Shown: in pieces, positions 14,801 through 26,920 of the stretch
Layout: each line of letters opens with the position of its first letter
Position numbering within the stretch: the first letter of the stretch is position 1
Assembly: GCA_910592345.1 (NCBI GenBank)
Contig: CAJVPI010000127.1
Location: 1 to 50,946 of the forward strand
Reading direction: 5' to 3'
Origin: Paraglomus brasilianum
Lineage: Eukaryota
DNA length: 50,946 nucleotides
Notes under the pieces: model-generated
Told to the model about the DNA's origin: nothing
Seen by the model: the letters and a program-made list of their open reading frames with translations, nothing else
The model's database searches: none
Position numbers and translations under genes: made by a program

Positions 14801-16965
14801 TTTGGCAAAAGCAAAGAAGGAGATTATCTCAGAGAAACTAAATGTATTGCGTAATATTGGACTTAGTTCTGCTGGAAGGGTAATTACGCTTTCTTCACAA
14901 GCGCTTCCATATGCTATTATTTTTATTTTTATTTTTTGACCGCTTTTCTTTTTTGTTGAAATTATAGCAAGATCTCGTGTTGGCAAGATATACTTGCATT
15001 GCATTGCAGCGTCTTGCCGGAGAGGCCAAAATCAAAGGTAAGAGTACTTCTTAGTATAAATTAGGTAAGTATACGCGCATTGATTGTCAATTTAATAATA
15101 GGTTCACCACGGGATGAATCCACAAGATTACCCGTATCACATCCGATATTTGAAGATCTCCGCAATATACTTGAGATACACACAAACTCCAATCAATGGT
15201 ACTGATACAGATGCTTATTACGCTTTTAACAATTTAAATTTGAGGTTTAACTTGTTTTCGTAACCCTACAGGTATCCTCTCGCCGAACAAGCGATAAATG
15301 CCATTTATGTCCTATGTAATAACCCAGATATTCTATGCGGAGAAATCATCAAACAAAAGACGATTTTCGTCTTTAAACTAGATGACGACAGTTTTAGGGA
15401 TGAACCGAGTACAAGTGAACCTGTCACAGTTAATACGACACAATTGAGTCAGTTACTGTTTATTGTTGGACATGTCACTCTCAAACAACTTGTGCATCTC
15501 GAGACTATCGAAGCTGAATGGAAAAGACGGAAACAGTCGGGCGAAACGAAAGGTGTCGATTACGATTTCAATATTTGAATAACGAACGCTGTGGCATTGA
15601 TCGTCTATTGCCTTGATAATTTGCTTGTAATTGAAACAACAGTACTAATGAAAGTCTATTGCATAGATAAAAATCACGTTGAAGATGAATTAGATCAAAT
15701 TGTTGGAACAACAGAGGATGAGTTTAGTGAAATGATAACACAAATACGGGAATATGAGCTTCTATATGGGGCCAATTCGTTATTGGGCGAATTCGGAGGA
15801 TTAGTGGCTAAAATCTGTGCCAACAGAAAGGTCTTTAATGTAAGCCATAAAAGAATTCGTTGGGGTATGAAGTAACGCCGATTGCGTCATTCTAAGTTTT
15901 TTATATTTGTCGAATTAGGACAATATGTTGCAATTTTCTGCCACACTGGCTCTAGCCAAATTTATGTGTGTCAGCTCGCAGTATTGTGAAACGTATTTGC
16001 CTCTACTGTTCAATGTGCTTGAGAAATCAAATGACGATACCCTTAGATGCAATATAATAATTGCGCTGGGAGATTTGGTTGTTCTTTTCAACAACATCAT
16101 TGATCCAGAGATTAATGTTTTATATGAGCTGCTTGCGGATGAAAGCTTAGAGATCAAGAGGAACGCTTTGATGGTTCTTACACACTTGATCCTCAATGGA
16201 ATGATCAAGACCAGAGGACAACTTGGTGAGGTGAGTTGAGTTCTTTTGCATATTATATGTAAGGCATTTCCCTTTCCTTGATTTATATGTATTGTTTTAA
16301 AAATTCTGAATTTCGGTCATGATTGTAGATGGCCAAATGCGTGGCGGATGAGAACAGCAGAATTAGCAATCTTGCTGGACAATTTTTCACAGAATTAGCC
16401 AAGAAGGAGAATGCAGTATACAACAATTTGCCAGATATTATAAGTAATTTGTCACGTGGTGAAAATGCAGTGGACGAAGACTCGTTTAAAAGAATAATGA
16501 AATTCTTGTTTAGATTTATCGAAAAGGTTGGTCTAAACAATCATTATTACCATGTAATTATCATATTGTCTTATGTGATATTTGTGTAGGATAAACACTC
16601 TGAAAACGTCATTGAGAAGTTATGTCAAAGATTCAAAAATCTTGATGATAAGCGACAATGGAGAGATATTGCTTATTGTCTCTCTCAATTACAATACAAA
16701 CACGATGGCAGTGTCAGGAGATTAGTCGAGGGCTTTCCTAATTATCAAGACAAATTACAGGATACGGACGTTCTCAAACACTTTCGCGAAATCGTGAATA
16801 AGGTAAAGAGAGATGCGAGAGCTTGATGGAAGCAATTGGTTGATCAACGCTAAACTGACTGTCTATTATTTTTAGCTAAAGGCACGAAAGGAACAGTCCA
16901 CAGAGATGAAGCAGTTCATAGAGGAATATGAAGCAAAGGTGAAAGCGTGTGAAGTAACGTCGTGA
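11872..16965 (+). CDS. YCS4: condensin complex subunit 1 (Cnd1/Ycs4/CAP-D2), about 21 exons
   Basis: HEAT-repeat protein with family motifs YYADALRFI...LLDSINKSEVIETMEFF, ELDQIVGTTEDEF...EYELLYG, LALAKFMCVSSQYCE...LRCNIIIALGDL...LTHLILNGMIKTRGQLGEMAKC...FFTELAKKENAVYNNLPD, RQWRDIAYCLS. TGA at 16963-16965. Confidence 0.95.
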
Positions 16966-18094
16966 ATCTGTTACTCGGAGGTACTGTGTTTAGAGTGAAT
17001 ACTATCTCTTAGTAAATGCGATGTTTTGGCGCGTCGAAGTAGATAATATACCAAATACATTTCTTGTCAAATAAAATGTTTACTAAAATTCACGTGAAAC
17101 GTAAAACTGACGCCCACAATTAAAGCAAAGAATTGGAATTCGAAAAAAAGATGGGTTGAGTAAACCCATATGCATGTAGTCATCAACCGAATTTGCAAAG
17201 CGTTAGTTATCAGCGAACCTAGAACGGAAGAATGACGCTACGATTCGAATGAATACTTTTTCTTAAATGGAAATAATCTAATTTTTAGACTTGCATATAT
17301 TTGGTTCCGATTCGCGTTCTCTTGCAGTCTCTACTAAACGGTTTAATAAACTCGCAGTTAAATCAAATTGAAAAAAAAACAATTATAATAAGCTTTTGAA
17401 ATCCGTGAATCCAGTCACAAATCGACAGTGATACAGCAAAGTCTTCTGCGTCTCGTTTAATATTATAAAAGCAACTCAATTGGGTTAGGTGATACCAACA
17501 AAATAACCTACGCAGATGCTGTACGTCAAAGTAAATTTGTCATTAAGATTGCAAAACCGCGTTGCAGTCGTGGAATTAAACGTCCATTTTTTAATAAGCT
17601 GTGCTCCCTTATGGGTTTTCAAGGCAGGAATGAGATAATAATAATAATAAACTTTTTTTTATTAATCATATGGTTAATATGTGTAGAAGGCGATGTGGTA
17701 CAATAAAACTTTGACCATCTATGCTTGTATTCAAGCGAGCCTATCGCCTGAAAAAGGAACCCTGGAACTTTCGCTTGGAAGAATAATGCTCGATATGGGG
17801 CGTTCACTTTGTCTCGTTTAATTGCAGCAAGCTCTATACATTCTCATGACGATTTTTGAAAGCACTGGACCTTGTTCAAGAAAATAATTATTTAAGAGTT
17901 GAGAACAGCCTTTACGCATTCTCCGTGCGAATCAAGACCTTTGCAAAATTCACAGGTTCACCGAATTCTTTTCCCAAGTTTATATTACTTTCCCACAACC
18001 ATCACAATTTTGGTCATGTGATATACAAACTAATAATTAATCAAGTGATTATCTACTCACATATCCGCGACAATGCCTCTTGCAACCTGCAGTA

Positions 18095-19134
18095 ATGAGT
18101 ACCTCGCGCGCTAACCTAATTCAATCAGCAGTCAATTTCCTACGAGACCCCACTGTTCAAAATGCCCCACTTCAGAAACGAGTCTCTTTCCTAGAGTCTA
18201 AAGGTCTCACTTCCGAAGAGATCGAAGATGCATTGAAGCAAGCCAAAGGAGGAGCGACAGCCTCACAGACAGAGGGAAGCCAGGCTGCAGCCGTTACTGC
18301 TGCTGCACCTCCTGGCCAACAGGTTGTGCATGCAGTACCCCCACCAGTTCCGCGAATGGATTGGCGAGACTATTTCATTGCTGCTGTAATAATAGGAGGA
18401 GTGGGGTGGGCTGTTATCGCCGTAATAAAGGCAAGTAATTTTACTTTATCTCGCAATACGCACCTGTCCAGTTCGTCATTGCTCATAAGAGAGCACATAA
18501 GCATGATCCCGCTTAATTGTAACATTCTATTCCCACTCTTTAGAAATACGTAGCACCACTCCTAGGGACACCAACTGCCACAGAACTCGAGCGTGACAAA
18601 CGTGCCCTCACATCCCAATTTGATTCTGCTACAGAAACACTTGATACGGTCAAATCTGACACCCAGGTTGCACGCAAACACGTCGAAGAACAATCGGCAG
18701 TAATAAAACAATCACTCGAGAATCTCGACGTTCTTCTTAAAGCCGTAAGAGATAACGATGAAAAACGAGAAGTTGCGATTAAATCTCTCAAGGAAGAAAT
18801 CGATGCCATAAAAGATTTACTCCCAAAACTGCTCGAAAAGTCAAAGGAGTCACAAGCTCAGCAAATGAATGATCTCCAGCAAGAGTTAAAGAGTCTAAAG
18901 TCATTGTTATTAAATCGGGGGAGCGTAGTGGGGCAGCCGCCTAGTTCGGCAGCAACGGGAACGCCCAATATTACTGCACTTCCACAAAAAGGGGGCAATG
19001 TATCAATCCCATCGTGGCAGATGACAGAGAACAACGGTATAAGCGGAAGTAGCAACTCTACAGAGCAAGAAGATGAAACGAATAACGTAGCTGCTGGGAC
19101 AAACGGGACGTTCCCTGATAATACGTCAGAATGA
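18095..19134 (+). CDS. PEX14: peroxisomal membrane anchor protein PEX14, 2 exons
   Basis: Pex14_N motif RANLIQSAVNFLRDPTVQNAPLQKRVSFLESKGLTSEEIEDAL, then DWRDYFIAAV with a TM segment, then a coiled coil (...QELKSLKSLLLNR) and IPSWQ. Single intron 18431-18543 with a GC donor. Confidence 0.95.
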
Positions 19135-19549
19135 AGAGATTTTTGTTTTTATGAGGGGAAAAAAATTTTTTTTTTATTAATGTTTATAACAGTTTAGAAT
19201 GACAATACAGATAGGCATGGAACAGCTGTTTATATTTTGTTTGACAAATTGGTTCATTCTGGTCGTGTCAACTGACGAAGCTGCTCCTGAATAAGCACGC
19301 CTGTATATAATGATGAACCGTTATTTGAGAGGGGAATGGGGTACAGACGATTTCATATAGTCCTTGTCTTTTTACTTACCCATAGTGTATAGTGCTGGGC
19401 CATCCATCCGACACAAAATCTCTTGCATATCGCGTTTTTGATAGTGATCGAATGCAAACATATTTATTGCCTCCAAAAGCTCCTGGATATATAATAGAGC
19501 AGTATAGTTACACCCAAGCGAGCTCAATGGATGGCCACCTAGTCTCTTA

Positions 19550-20117
19550 CTATTTACTTACTGGCGATGGCGAATCGGGGTCATCTCCGAGCTTGTTTTG
19601 GTCTTTGTCGTCAGTGACTGTGGTAGTAGATTCGGATGGAAGAGATTCTACCGGTTGTTTGTTTTTTCCTTTATCCAAAGCCGGGTCATTTTGTGCGGTT
19701 GTATCTATTGTATCTATTGTATCTATTGAAGCGTCTGATACACAACCGTGTCAGAAATGCTACCACCGATACCATAATCAATGATCCCTTTGGAGACATA
19801 AAAAAAAACAACTGGTCATCTTTACCGGGAGTCTCGGAGTATGGTTTTGTTCTTATGTAATACATGCTTTTATACAGTCGTGGTGAGTCTACGAAAACGG
19901 CAGTCAGCTTTGTTGATCCTGGTTTTAGAAAATTTGCTGCTTCCTTTTTTGTTGGAAAGTAAGACACTAGATTCCAAGATGGATCGTATATGTATATAGG
20001 AACGCTGGACCATTTCATGTTCGGGTTGGGAATGCCCCCTAGCAAAACAATGGGGATGGACAAAGAGAAACAGCGATTATAATAATGTCGTACTTTGATC
20101 TCATTGGCGGACATCAT
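19550..20117 (-). CDS. small NUMOD1/IENR1 (homing-endonuclease-associated DNA-binding) domain protein, probably 2+ exons
   Basis: VPIYIYDPSWNLVSYFPTKKEAANFLKPGSTKLTAVFVDSPRLYKSMYYIRTKP fits the NUMOD1 pattern (VYvYD...li..FpS..eAa.fL...lyk.ky). A GT-AG intron 19735-19825 with a CTGAC branch joins it in frame to a low-complexity tail (DASIDTIDTIDTT...DKGKNKQP...SPSPVSK*). Start and end are uncertain. Confidence 0.6.
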
Positions 20118-20273
20118 CTATTACATCATTACAATAAATAGTGGCCGCATCCTCAGTAGTAGAGGATGAAGCCTTATAGTATATCCAATATTAAAATAAT
20201 CTCTAACAGTATCTACGATTATCTATTAATGTATTGTCTTTATAACCTCGTGGCTGAAATGACTTTGGTTGTC

Positions 20274-21002
20274 CTAGAGGGCTTGGGCCTCGATCTTAAA
20301 AATGACCAGGCGACCTTTTGACTGCTTTCAGAACAAAGTAGAACAGTTACTGGGTCGCCGTCTTTCACGGGTGCAGCTAGGCATTTGTCCATATGATTGT
20401 AAGGGTGGAGAGTAAAAGAATCCTATAACCGAATGATACAGATTAATTTTACAATTAGGATTGGAACGACTGAATGAAAAACGTGAGCTACCTACCTCAT
20501 AATACGAATCATCCCAACACCATCCCGAATTCTCTGGATTATGTATCGCATTCATTCGTACTGTATTTGTATCTTTATCCCACCAAAGTCTAGAAATAAA
20601 CAAACACATTTGTTTAGTCATTCTGCATTTCTATCTATATCCTTTTTTGCAAATCAGTTTACCTACACGGTTCTCCCTGGTCCATATATAATAATCGGAT
20701 GCATACAATGTTCATAACTTTGATGGACAAAACTCAACGAGAAGCTCATTTGTGTTTTGCTATGTTGATGTACATCGCATATTTTCACATACATGGGCTC
20801 ACTTGCAGCGTCCAAACATCGCCAAAGGTATTCTAATAAATTAATGTCAATACATGTGTTATGAACTAGACAGACTTTCCTAACACACTACTCAACTGTT
20901 CTCGAGAGTATTGGCTATTATGTCTGGTTCTTCGGCTCCATGGCCGGAAACTCGTGTTAAAATAGCAGACACTGCCAAGATAAATACGGCATTAAATCTC
21001 AT
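20274..21002 (-). CDS. small secreted cysteine-containing protein, ricin-B/beta-trefoil-like, 5 exons
   Basis: Signal peptide MRFNAVFILAVSAILTRVSG. In-frame splicing gives about 145 aa with LENKYLWRCLDA...CRLWWDK...SGWCWD...LHPYNHMDKCLAAPVKDGDPVTVLLCSESSQKVAWSF, which shows ricin-type xCLD / CL..G..V.L..C....W repeats. Confidence 0.6.
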
Positions 21003-21400
21003 TTTTTTTAACGTTTGCCGATGAGTGAGGATTGCAAAAATAAGTGTTGTTTGTATGTGCAGTGTGAATGCTGTGATACCATAAAAATTACAATTAGCTG
21101 TTGCACAATATGTATTATTATTATATAATTTGCTAGTCATTTGCCTTTGAAACGAGACGTTCATTAAAACATGTCTCCGTCTTCACCTTGAGTCTTCTCC
21201 TGAACACACTGCCTATCTTTCATCTTAATTCTTCTTGCACGTAAGGCTCTTACAGATGGTTCTTCATTACATATCGGTAATGAGGAATAGTAGTTTGACA
21301 ATTAGTATAAATATGGTGCATTGTCTGTTGATGCTAATAGATCCGAGCTTCATTGATTCTTTTCTTTTTGACGCAAGAACAAGTATGTGTTAGTATCTAT

Positions 21401-21438
21401 TCAACATCTAAACGTATTTTCAACATCTAAACGTATTT
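21401..21438 (+). repeat. perfect 19-bp tandem duplication beginning TCAA
   Basis: TCAACATCTAAACGTATTT occurs twice with no spacer. Confidence 0.9.
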
Positions 21439-22246
21439 ACAACCATGCATATGCGACTGTGCTACGGCTTTACCGGGTATTGTAATTGTGTTTTTCGATT
21501 GATTGGAAAGGCGGGAAGTAAAACTCGTACATGTTATACACATCAATCGCGCACAATGAAAATAACAATTCAATCATTTAGAGTAGTAACAAAATACAGC
21601 CGAGGAAAAGATACTTGTCCATATTAATACGTTTTATTAGGAGTAGCATGTAGCGGGGAAGGATAATCGACTGATAGCAGGTTTCTTGTGACGAATTTGT
21701 ATCAATCTTTTATTACGAATAAATGGCATATGGATTTTCTTTTACCCTTCATTTGAGACTATTTGCAGTAAACCAGTTAACCTCGTTATCAGCAGACGCG
21801 CAAGTAAACATTTTCACATGTTTATTGTAAATACACAGCCATTGAAAAAGGCGTTGTCTGTCCTTTAGCAGCACTCAAATAAAGTGTTGGGTTTAGCATC
21901 CGTGAACACAGAATACAGTATAAATTCTACAATAGAAAAGAAACCCAGATTTACATATTAACCTGCTCAAATTATTGAACGGCTAGCCATTTCAAGCCAA
22001 CGAGCTCATTCAAGGCCCGAGCGATATGCCTAGATACAAAACTTTAATCATTCAGACGATCAATTTCTGCGACAATAATTTTAAAGTACCCCCGCTCTGG
22101 GTATTATTATTATGCAAAAATAGTAAAATATCCGAGCATGGCTAAATTGATAATTTAAAAACCAGACCGGATATGCGATTAATCATCCGGATTTAGCCCA
22201 TTGCTGTATACAAATAATAATGTGTAACTATTACATTGACGTCGCA

Positions 22247-22270
22247 ATATATATATATATATATATATAT
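22247..22270. repeat. (AT)n microsatellite
   Basis: About 12 consecutive AT units. Confidence 0.9.
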
Positions 22271-22347
22271 GCGCGTTGTTCTTTGACTTTGTTGAACGAC
22301 TCCTTCTCTCTACACAACTCAACCATAAATCCTGAATAATTTCCAAA

Positions 22348-23122
22348 ATGTATACAAAAATTCTTGCAATCATTTTTGAAAACTACGTTCATATGAAAGC
22401 CTTTTGGCCACCAACTGCGAATCAAACCACCAGACAGATTTTGGCAACGGAAGGATTAGTAGGATTAGCTTTCGCTCGGATTCTTCCTATATTAATAAAC
22501 ACTTTCAACACGGGACAATGTTTATTTTATATTTATATAATGTATCAACAAGAAAATGGTGCGCTGCCAATCAAAAGCTACAGGTTTTCGGAATGGCATC
22601 TACTAGATGTTATCTGGTTTTTGGGCACTGCTGGAGGATCTTCATTAAGATTGTGGTGTTTTAAATGCTTGAAAGAATTTTTCACTTTCCATGTTACTAT
22701 CAAAGAACATCACAGATTGATTACCACCGGTCCATACTCTTTACTAGTTCATCCTTCGGTGAGCATGTTATTTTTATTTTGTTTCGTTTCGTTTCGTTTT
22801 GTTTTATTTTGTTTTGGTATTCATTTATCCGTGGGAATACTAATGACATAACTTGATTACACAGTATACGGGTGCTGCCTTGGTGATAACTAATTATTTG
22901 ATGACTTATCAATTGTTGTGCTACCTTCCATTACATCTGTCGCTTGATTGGGGCACGGTTTTGATATCATTTTTTGCTCTTGCTGCAAGTAGTATTATAA
23001 TAGCTCAAGTTTTGACGTTCAGGCGGATCTCATATGAAGAACAGGCATTGAAAAAGAATTTCGGTAAAGCCTGGGAGATTTACTTTAGTCAAAGGAAAAG
23101 ATTTATACCATATGTTATTTAG
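22348..23122 (+). CDS. isoprenylcysteine carboxyl methyltransferase (ICMT/Ste14/PEMT) family membrane protein, 2 exons
   Basis: LRLWCFKCLKEFFTFHVTIKEHHRLITTGPYSLLVHPS|YTG...RRISYEEQALKKNFGKAWEIYFSQRKRFIPYVI. Intron 22759-22864 splits the HPSYTG motif. Confidence 0.9.
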
Positions 23123-23182
23123 TAATTTCCATGTTTTTGTTTTTATTTATTAAATTTATATTAAATATTCAATACATACATA

Positions 23183-23753
23183 CATAGTCGACCTCGATAA
23201 GTCGGTCAATACGGGCTTTGCGGTCGACTTATCGAGAACATGTAAACAAACTGAATATAATGTGTAAAAAAACACAACTATCTATAGTAATAGTGGTTTG
23301 TTTCATGAATTAATTTATTTTTTTCTTATTTGACGTAAGAAACTACCTATGCTAACGTCACTATATTATTGTAAATAATTCCGTATATTTTCAAAGCCGT
23401 TTTATTTGAGACAGATAACGGACACAAACCATTGCAGCTGTCTCTTGAACTAAAGCAATAATTGCACCTTTATCGATTATATCAGATTCCTCCAAACCGC
23501 TAATGTAATTTCTTACAGTATCCGTTTAATGAAGTGATTGTGGGATATTTCAATAAAATTGTATGGTTGAGATAGTATCACTACGTTCCGTTATTCATAA
23601 AACGAAAATTTTCACAAAAAGTAAATCTTTCTAATGCCTTGATTCCATTTTCACAAATAATTATTTCCGACATAATCGACTCGATCGCGTAATGGCGTGA
23701 ATTGTAAATTTATCGCGACATATGATTGTTATCACCTACCGAGGTTGACCATT
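23183..23753. mobile_element. degenerate, internally deleted pogo/Tigger-type DNA transposon
   Basis: Left end TA|CATAGTCGACCTCGATAAGTCGG with an internal palindrome (CTCGATAAGTCG...CGACTTATCGAG). A diverged inverted copy lies at about 23734-23752. The minus strand carries a KQTTI..DS fragment resembling a pogo transposase C-terminus. The TIR is related to the element at 50079-50214. Confidence 0.6.
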
Positions 23754-24128
23754 AATATCTTTTGTCCGATCACAACTGAACATGACAATTGTGCTATGAT
23801 ACAGTAAACTATGGCATAAAGACATGTCGACAATTGCGTTACATTTGTGGCAAAGTATTAAACTTGCATATTAATAAACTACTACCACTATTACTATCAG
23901 TGATTAAATAAATCTATCGTGAAAATAAAACAGGATTTCCTTAAAGGACGTGTTTAATTTAATCAATGAATAATTTACTTTTCGACTAAAAGTTATTGTT
24001 CGAGTAATAGTGTTGTTATCGTTGTCATTGAACGGAAGCGTCTGTTGAAGCATTCAAACATAAGCCAATCTGAAACTGTTGACACATATCACACAAAATT
24101 GTTTGCAGACTCGAATTTGATCAAACAA

Positions 24129-24188
24129 TCAAATATTATCACGTGCGCCTAAATAAACGACCTCGAAACCTCAAATATTGTCACGTGC
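24129..24188 (+). mobile_element. micro-insertion copy 2 (24-bp insert, 18-bp TSD with 1 mismatch)
   Basis: TCAAATATTATCACGTGC (24129-24146) + GCCTAAATAAACGACCTCGAAACC (24147-24170) + TCAAATATTGTCACGTGC (24171-24188). Confidence 0.8.
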
Positions 24189-24323
24189 TAGTCTTAATGT
24201 GGTACAACATGACTAAATTACATCACTTTCACGTGATCATAACTATAAATATTCATGAACAGCTGGCGCATATTATCCTTTGATACCTCTCTTATACATC
24301 TAATAATTCTAATATTCAGCGCT

Positions 24324-24954
24324 ATGACTTACTATGCACTTTATCGAAAAAGCAGGTGAGTTTCCAATGGTGTCTGGGGCGTGTTCCACAGAGCCGATTG
24401 AGTGACATGCAGTGAACTTGTAGTATTGGCATGGCTTTAACCGATTCGCTTGACGAGTTGATCCAGCTGGACAAGATCACTCCCCAACTAGCGTTGAAAG
24501 TTCTTGCACAAGTAAGTATATGGCACAAAGACGAGAAGATCTTGTTATTCTGGTTTACCTTCTGCCATCTGACCACCCCATCTATGCTTTTGCGAGACAG
24601 TTTGACAAGAGTATAACAGAGGCATTGGATTGTAGAGTAAAAACCCGGGCTACGTTCAAAGTATGTAGAAATCACAGTGCTTGCACTGTACGAGTCGTAT
24701 CCTGTGTTTCATACCGAATACGTATTTTGAGTTGTCTCTAGAATTATGAATGTTTTAGATGTACTATACATGTACTTTCTTCATCTTTTTTCAACTAACA
24801 GCAAGGAAGCCTGCGGACCTACCGTTTTTGCGATGAAGTCTGGACATTCATTATTAAAGATCCAAATCTCCGCATAGAGCATGAACAGCTCCAAGTTGAT
24901 AAGATCAAGATCGTGGCTTGTAGCGCAAAGAAACCTGGAGAGGCGGAGAAATGA
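24324..24954 (+). CDS. TOA2: transcription initiation factor IIA gamma (small) subunit, 4 exons
   Basis: [49 protein letters not shown]...[24 protein letters not shown]...[12 protein letters not shown] at 24952-24954. Confidence 0.97.
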
Positions 24955-26920
24955 ACCGGGCGTTTAATAAGTCCTGGCACGTGCGTTGAACTACAACTCT
25001 TGTATTAGAAATAAAATTGTTGTTTCAAAATATTAACTAGTATAATAAGGGCTAAATCGTGGTTAATGGTTGATGGACGATAGAGGTTATCATAATAAAT
25101 AGACAAAATTATGAACGTAAAGTATTCGCGAGGAAGTGATGGTTGTATTTGGTATTATATGCTAGGTAAATGCTATTACTCTCGCTTCTAACTTGTAATG
25201 GCTGATCAGGGGGTTGGCGTGCGGTAATTGTGTAAAACGTATTTAACGTAATCTTAATCGAAAGAGCGGTTGAACTTTTAAAGCAGACGTGTGGGAAGAG
25301 AAAATGTATAGATGAATGTATCTGCTGAACTATTCATAAGAAATAAAGATGCTATCACCTATAAAACCAGGTTCTTATAGAGCTTGCCAATTCATGTTTG
25401 ATTTTTGCTTCCTAACTCGTCTAATTGTGTATAGACGTCCATTATGTTTTATTATTATATACTCATGACTCTCATTGTATTAAGTGAATTCACCATAGTA
25501 TTATATAAGTCACTAAATATAGTAAATGTATTTTTCATTTGCTGGTTGTAAAACGACGCGTTAATCATAACGTAACGCGTCGAGATTTCTGACCTCGAAT
25601 AGGAAAAATTCTTTTTTGATCAACGAGTTTTGAAGCGCAGCAACATCATGATCAACAGTGTTATATTGAGCATGATCCTGAAACTATTTTTTATGTCCAA
25701 AATTTTAAAAGCTATGATGTTTAATTCCTTTTATTCTAATTTTTACGGCAGATTATTGAACAACCGGTTATTATGATACACAGTATGGTGCTATGCATTG
25801 CATGGCCAAATTTGCGAAATTCACGATACCCATTATCAGTTAATGTGCGTAACAATGTGAATGCGAATAAATCTCCCAATTGATGTCGAATTATTGCTAT
25901 GCATCTTAGCCGCGTGTGCGGTAACGTTTACGCAAATCACAGTGATGACCACACGAACGCGAACTTATTATTATTATTGTTGTCAATAAACCTTGTAGGC
26001 ATACTCGCTAGAAAACTAAGGCTTTTTAATATAACAATGTGAGAACTAGTCCCGGATAGCTGATTCTATAAGGTAATACAATTTTAAACAATGAATAGTC
26101 TGCGAATTCTCCATTTCTTTACGGCACAACGGAAAGATCATTAACAATATCAACCAAATAATTCATAAATCGACATCTATAGTCTAATGTTCCGTGTATA
26201 TATACGATATACGTTTATCGAGAATGTGATGGGCATGCTATGCAGAGGACTGGTATGGAGAGATCATAAAAACTGGAATTATTACGATTCATACTTCCAA
26301 ATATTACTTCGAGATGTTATTTTATTGGCCACAAGTAAATGCCAAGGCTGCTTTTATAGCAAGAAATAAAAACAAACAACAGAAAGAAAGAAAATCAAGT
26401 TTTTTCTCAGTAAAACTCAAACGATCTTTCCTATTTCTGATCCCGACTACTTACTGCTTACAGTGTTGATGCAGAAGATTTGGATCAGGAATGGACGAAA
26501 TCAAATGAAATATACCGTTTATCTTTTTATTTATTAATAATGCCGTTGTTTAGTCAAGAAAACCGGAGAATTAGATAGTGACGGGTTGGATAAAGGTCGT
26601 ATACCATCCATCGAAGTAGTTTTGCGCACTGCGATCGATGTCTTCATTTTTCTAACGTAATAATTAGCCACATAGATGTTCATTAACCGTTTCTAGATTA
26701 GGGCTAACGATAATGGGAAAGTATATTGCGTTCCCACCGCGCCTCTGAGAAAGTAGTATGCCAGAATATGTCATAACGTGGCTATCACAAGCGGTTAACA
26801 ATTGCGTCAGGACGAAGTAATATTTACGCAAAGAGATCGATATAGACGAGAAAATGATAAATTGGTGGCTATAGCTTCCCATCCTCCCACTCAGCGTTAA
26901 ACTAACAGGAAAAAAGAAAT

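Noticed and set aside
25554..25582. 10-bp perfect hairpin CGACGCGTTA/TAACGCGTCG
   Set aside because: Single occurrence, with no downstream CTRR Helitron end and no associated gene; could be chance.
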